From: Burkholderiaceae bacterium
Lineage (GTDB): Bacteria > Pseudomonadota > Gammaproteobacteria > Burkholderiales > Burkholderiaceae_F
Assembly: GCA_035537135.1 (NCBI GenBank)
Contig: DATLMT010000419.1
Coordinates: forward strand, 1-29,976
Direction of reading: 5' to 3'
Length of the DNA: 29,976 nucleotides
Below the pieces are notes generated by a model, which ran no database searches, was not told the origin of the DNA, and worked only from the letters and a program-made list of their open reading frames with translations. Positions 26,156-29,976 of the stretch are shown here, one piece after another (within the stretch, counting starts at the first letter, position 1; each line of letters starts with the position of its first letter). Position numbers and translations under genes: made by a program.

Positions 26156-27968
26156 GGAGGGCGAAGTGGCGCCACGCCGCCGCGAATCGCTCGCCGGCAG
26201 CGGCGTTACCAACGGCATCGCCGTCGGCCGTGCGCATCTGCTGGCGCCGTCGGAGCTCGACGTTCGCCAGTACACGATCCAGCGGCGGGACGTGCTGCAT
26301 GAAATCGGTCGGTTGACCACCGCTTTCAACGTCGTGCGCGAGGAGCTCGACGAGCTCAAAGCCGGCATCGCACCGAACGCGCCAAGCGAAGTGCGCGCGT
26401 TTCTCGATCTGCATCGCTTGATCCTCGGTGACGCGCTGCTGGCCGATGCACCGCGTGATCTGATTCGTAGCCGGCTGATCAACGCCGAATGGGCGCTGAC
26501 TATCCAGCTTGAACAGCTGGTCAAGCAGTTCGATGCGATCGATGACGAGTATTTGCGCGAGCGTTCGACAGACGTACGCCAGGTAGTCGAGCGCGTTGTC
26601 AATGCACTTGCCGGTGGCCGGCCGACACGAGTGGCGTTCACCAAGCAGTTGGCGCCCGGCGAGCGCCTGATATTGATTGCGCAGGATCTGGCCCCGGCCG
26701 ACGTTTTGCATTTGAAGGATCGTGCCGACGTGGACCTTGCCGGCTTCGTCACAGAGCTTGGCGGCCCGACGTCGCACACCGCGATTCTCGCGCGCAGCCT
26801 GGGGCTGCCTGCGGTGGTCGGAGCCGAGAATGCGCGCAGCGTGATTGCGGAAGGCGACCTGGTCGTTATCGACGCAGACTTCGACGCGGTCATCGTCAAT
26901 CCGAGCGATGACGAGCTGGCCGAATTCGGCAGGCGCGTGCGCGACGAAAGCGAGCACCGCATTCAGCTGCGCAAGCTGAAGGGCAGGATTGCGCGCACCC
27001 GCGACGGCATTGCAATCGAGCTGCAGGCAAACATCGAACTGCCCGAAGACGCGCGTGATGCGCTCGAGGCCGGAGCCGACGGCATTGGCTTGTTTCGCTC
27101 CGAGTTTCTGTTCATGGATCGTGACGAGCTGCCGACCGAGGACGAGCAGTACGAGGCATACGCCGGAGTTGCGCGAGCGATGAAAGGCAAGCCGGTGGTG
27201 ATTCGCACCCTCGACATCGGTGCCGACAAGGTGCTGAATGAGGCGGCGCGCGAGACCCTTGGAATGGGACGCGGTGCTCCGCGCCCGGAATCGAACCCCG
27301 CGCTCGGCCTGCGCGCGATCCGCTACTGCCTCGCGTATCCGGAACTGTTTTTATCGCAGCTGCGCGCGATCCTGCGCGCGTCCGAAGTCGGCACGGTTCG
27401 TATCCTGGTGCCGATGCTGGCTCACATGCACGAAGTGGAGCAGGCGCTCGCCTTCGTTTCACAGGCGAAGCAGCAACTGCGCGAGAGAAAGCGCAAGTAC
27501 GATGGTCGTGTGCAGATCGGCGGCATGGTCGAAGTGCCCGCCGCTGCGCTTTCAGTTCCGCAGCTAGTGAAAAAGCTCAAGTTCCTATCGATCGGTACCA
27601 ACGATCTGATTCAATACACGCTCGCGATCGATCGTGCTGACTCGAGCGTTGCGCATCTGTACGATCATCTGCATCCAGCCGTACTGCGGCTGATTGCATA
27701 TACGATCAAGGAATGCCGTAGGGCCAGGGCGCCGGTGGCGATTTGCGGTGAGTTGGCCGGCGAGCTCGAGATGACCGAGCTCTTGCTCGGTATGGGACTG
27801 CGGCAGTATTCGATGCACCCCTCGCAGATCCTGCCGCTGAAAGAGCGGATGTTTACTCTTTCAACCAAGGACTCGGCGCGACTTGCCACGCGCGTGCTGC
27901 GCCAGTCAGATCCGGTGAAGATCAAGGCATCGCTGTTGCGCGCGGCGAACGCAACTTCGCCGCGTTGA
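26148..27968 (+). CDS. ptsI: PEP-protein phosphotransferase, Enzyme I
   Basis: GGPTSHTAILARSLG (phospho-His), GIGLFRSEF, NPALGLRAIR, SIGTNDLIQY and ICGELAG motifs. Confidence 0.96.
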   Translation: MAKEGEVAPRRRESLAGSGVTNGIAVGRAHLLAPSELDVRQYTIQRRDVLHEIGRLTTAFNVVREELDELKAGIAPNAPSEVRAFLDLHRLILGDALLADAPRDLIRSRLINAEWALTIQLEQLVKQFDAIDDEYLRERSTDVRQVVERVVNALAGGRPTRVAFTKQLAPGERLILIAQDLAPADVLHLKDRADVDLAGFVTELGGPTSHTAILARSLGLPAVVGAENARSVIAEGDLVVIDADFDAVIVNPSDDELAEFGRRVRDESEHRIQLRKLKGRIARTRDGIAIELQANIELPEDARDALEAGADGIGLFRSEFLFMDRDELPTEDEQYEAYAGVARAMKGKPVVIRTLDIGADKVLNEAARETLGMGRGAPRPESNPALGLRAIRYCLAYPELFLSQLRAILRASEVGTVRILVPMLAHMHEVEQALAFVSQAKQQLRERKRKYDGRVQIGGMVEVPAAALSVPQLVKKLKFLSIGTNDLIQYTLAIDRADSSVAHLYDHLHPAVLRLIAYTIKECRRARAPVAICGELAGELEMTELLLGMGLRQYSMHPSQILPLKERMFTLSTKDSARLATRVLRQSDPVKIKASLLRAANATSPR

Positions 27969-28997
27969 TCAATGCCCGTAGCCCCTATTTTCTTCGTCGC
28001 CTTTGACGTGAAACACGCGGTAGTTGACCCACGTGTGCCACAGGATCAGCGGAATCAGAATCAGCAGTCCGGGCAATAGGAACCGCTGCGACTCCGGCGA
28101 TGCGGCGGCGTCGAACAGTGTCAGTGACGGCGGCGGCAGCTTCGGAAAAATGCTGATCGCCAAACCCGAGTAGCCGAGAAAGAACAGGCCGATGCAGAAT
28201 AGAAACGGCACAGCGCTCGGCGCTTTCTTTACTGCCTTATAAGCGCCCCAGGCGCACGCTATGGTCAGCACCGGCACCGGCGCGAATACAAACGCCTTTG
28301 GAAAATCGAACCAACGTGCTGCAACCGCGGGTGACATTAATGGCGTCCAGACGCTGATTGTCGCGATCGCGCCCAGCATGCCGAGCAGCAGCACAGGCAT
28401 CCACGTGCGCGCTTTTTCCTGCAGCGTGCCGTATGAGCGCCAGAACAGCCACGTGTTGCCAAGCAGCGCATAACCACACGACAAGGCAACACCGGTCACC
28501 ATCGAAAATGGTGTGAGCCAGTCCCATGCGCCCCCTGCGTACCGGCCGCCCGCTACTTCGATCCCCTGAACAAACGTACCCAGGACCACGCCTTGCGCGA
28601 AGGCGGCGATCACCGATCCGGCGGCGAATGCCACGTCCCAGATGCGCGTGCGCGGGGAATGCTTGAAGCGAAACTCGAAGGCCACGCCGCGAAAGATCAA
28701 GCCGAGCAGCATCACAATGATCGGCAGGTACACCGCAGGCAGTATCACGGAAAATGCCAGCGGAAATGCTGACAACAAAATTGCGCCGCCAAATACGAGC
28801 CAGGTTTCGTTGCCGTCCCAAAATGGCGCAATCGAATTCATCATCTGATCGCGCTGCGTGTGATCGTCGGCAAACGGAAACAGGATGCCGAGCCCGAGAT
28901 CAAATCCGTCGAGCACGACGTACATCCCAACCGCGAACGCGACCATGCCTGCCATCAACAGCGTCAGCCAGTCGGATGCTGTTATGGTTGCGATCAC
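27969..28997 (-). CDS. cydB: Cytochrome bd-type ubiquinol oxidase subunit II
   Basis: YVVLDGFDLGLGIL, SIAPFWDGNETWLVFGG and FRGVAFEFR motifs. GTGA overlap with the cydA stop. Confidence 0.95.
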   Translation of the reverse strand: MIATITASDWLTLLMAGMVAFAVGMYVVLDGFDLGLGILFPFADDHTQRDQMMNSIAPFWDGNETWLVFGGAILLSAFPLAFSVILPAVYLPIIVMLLGLIFRGVAFEFRFKHSPRTRIWDVAFAAGSVIAAFAQGVVLGTFVQGIEVAGGRYAGGAWDWLTPFSMVTGVALSCGYALLGNTWLFWRSYGTLQEKARTWMPVLLLGMLGAIATISVWTPLMSPAVAARWFDFPKAFVFAPVPVLTIACAWGAYKAVKKAPSAVPFLFCIGLFFLGYSGLAISIFPKLPPPSLTLFDAAASPESQRFLLPGLLILIPLILWHTWVNYRVFHVKGDEENRGYGH

Positions 28998-29976
28998 TTC
29001 GCGGCCGCTGCAGACATGCCGGCCATTGGGCGGTTGCCGAGCTCGGGCGCTTCGGGCAATGCAACTTCGACCGGACCGGTGCGAATCGTGCGGAACAGGT
29101 ACCAGAAGCCCGCGCCGAACACCGCGCTGTAGATGACGAAGAACAGCACAAGCGATAACGCGACGTTGCCCGTCGTCACCGGGGACACTGCATCGGCCGT
29201 GCGCAGCATTCCATAGATCACGTACGGCTGGCGGCCGATCTCAGCCGTGTACCAACCCGCGACGATCGCGACGAAGCCAAGCGGCGACGCGAGCGTCAGT
29301 ACGCGCAGAAACCAGCGACTCGAATACAGCCGCTTGCGCAGGGTGAGCACGATTGCCGTCAGTGCGATTAACAGCATCAGAAAACCGATGCCGACCATTA
29401 CCCGGAACGTCCAGAACACGATCGCGACGCTGGGCCGGTCGGCCGCGGGAAACTCGCCAAGGCCTTTGACCGGTTCGTTCAGCGAGTGTTGTGTGATTAG
29501 GCTGCCAAGCTTCGGAATGCCGATCTCGAAACGGTTGCGCGCGTCATCCTGATCGGGAATCGCAAACAGCCGCAGCGGCATCACACCTGTTTCCCACTGC
29601 GCTTCCATTGCGGCGAGCTTGGCCGGTTGATGGTCGCGCACGACCAATCCCGCCATGTCGCCGACAATGATCTGCAGTGGTGCGAGCGGCACGATCATCA
29701 GCAGCGCCAGTGCCAGCATCGGTTTGGCCATTGTGACGAAGCGATCCTTTAGCAGGTACCACGCTGCCACACCGGCGACAACGAATGCAGTCGACAGGTA
29801 TGCCGCCATCAGCATGTGCGCGTAGCGCCCCGGGAATGACGGATTAAAGATGATCGCCCACCAATCGATGGGGAAAAACACCCCGTCGCGCACAGCGTAA
29901 CCGGCGGGCGTCTGCATCCAGCTGTTGGACGCCATGATCCAAAACGCAGAGATGCAGGTGCCGAGCGCGACCATCA
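28994..29976 (-). CDS. cydA: Cytochrome bd-type ubiquinol oxidase subunit I (5'-truncated by window edge)
   Basis: SAFWIMASNSWMQTPAG, RYAHM, QPAKLAAME, FWTFRVMVG and GWYTAEIGRQPY motifs. Confidence 0.95.
   Translation of the reverse strand, partial: MVALGTCISAFWIMASNSWMQTPAGYAVRDGVFFPIDWWAIIFNPSFPGRYAHMLMAAYLSTAFVVAGVAAWYLLKDRFVTMAKPMLALALLMIVPLAPLQIIVGDMAGLVVRDHQPAKLAAMEAQWETGVMPLRLFAIPDQDDARNRFEIGIPKLGSLITQHSLNEPVKGLGEFPAADRPSVAIVFWTFRVMVGIGFLMLLIALTAIVLTLRKRLYSSRWFLRVLTLASPLGFVAIVAGWYTAEIGRQPYVIYGMLRTADAVSPVTTGNVALSLVLFFVIYSAVFGAGFWYLFRTIRTGPVEVALPEAPELGNRPMAGMSAAAAK

Noticed and set aside
25799-26962. 387-aa and 311-aa minus-strand ORFs
   Set aside because: Shadows of ptsH/ptsI; Ser/Arg-rich or mirror-frame composition.

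Overview
GC-rich chromosomal window, probably from a betaproteobacterium (inferred from the ubiK/TorF-glnK-amtB-gshA-gshB-EIIA-HPr-EI gene order and the GshA type). I saw no rRNA, tRNA, CRISPR array, transposase or integrase. The left half (1-13673) is an accessory catabolic island of two divergent arms around an RpiR/IolR regulator. It encodes only the late inositol-type enzymes (IolC kinase-DUF2090 fusion and IolA/MmsA). It also has two SDRs with opposite predicted cofactor preference, a beta-hydroxyacid dehydrogenase, a Liv-type ABC transporter split over both arms, and an extra ABC ATPase lacking the LSGGQ signature subdomain. iolG, iolE, iolD and iolB are absent from the window, so this may be an undescribed sugar-acid pathway entering at 5-dehydro-2-deoxygluconate. 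A secreted MBL-fold hydrolase missed by the ORF track runs off the left edge. The right half is a mostly conserved core locus: PlpD-like patatin-Omp85, comM, ubiK, sigma54/NtrC-controlled TorF-glnK-amtB, gshA-gshB, a regulatory PTS and cydAB. It carries several unexplained elements: a membrane-anchored degenerate Mrr-like protein, a Cys-His transglutaminase-like ORF before gshA, a structured sRNA candidate after amtB, and a sigma54-like box plus four hairpins before the PTS genes.
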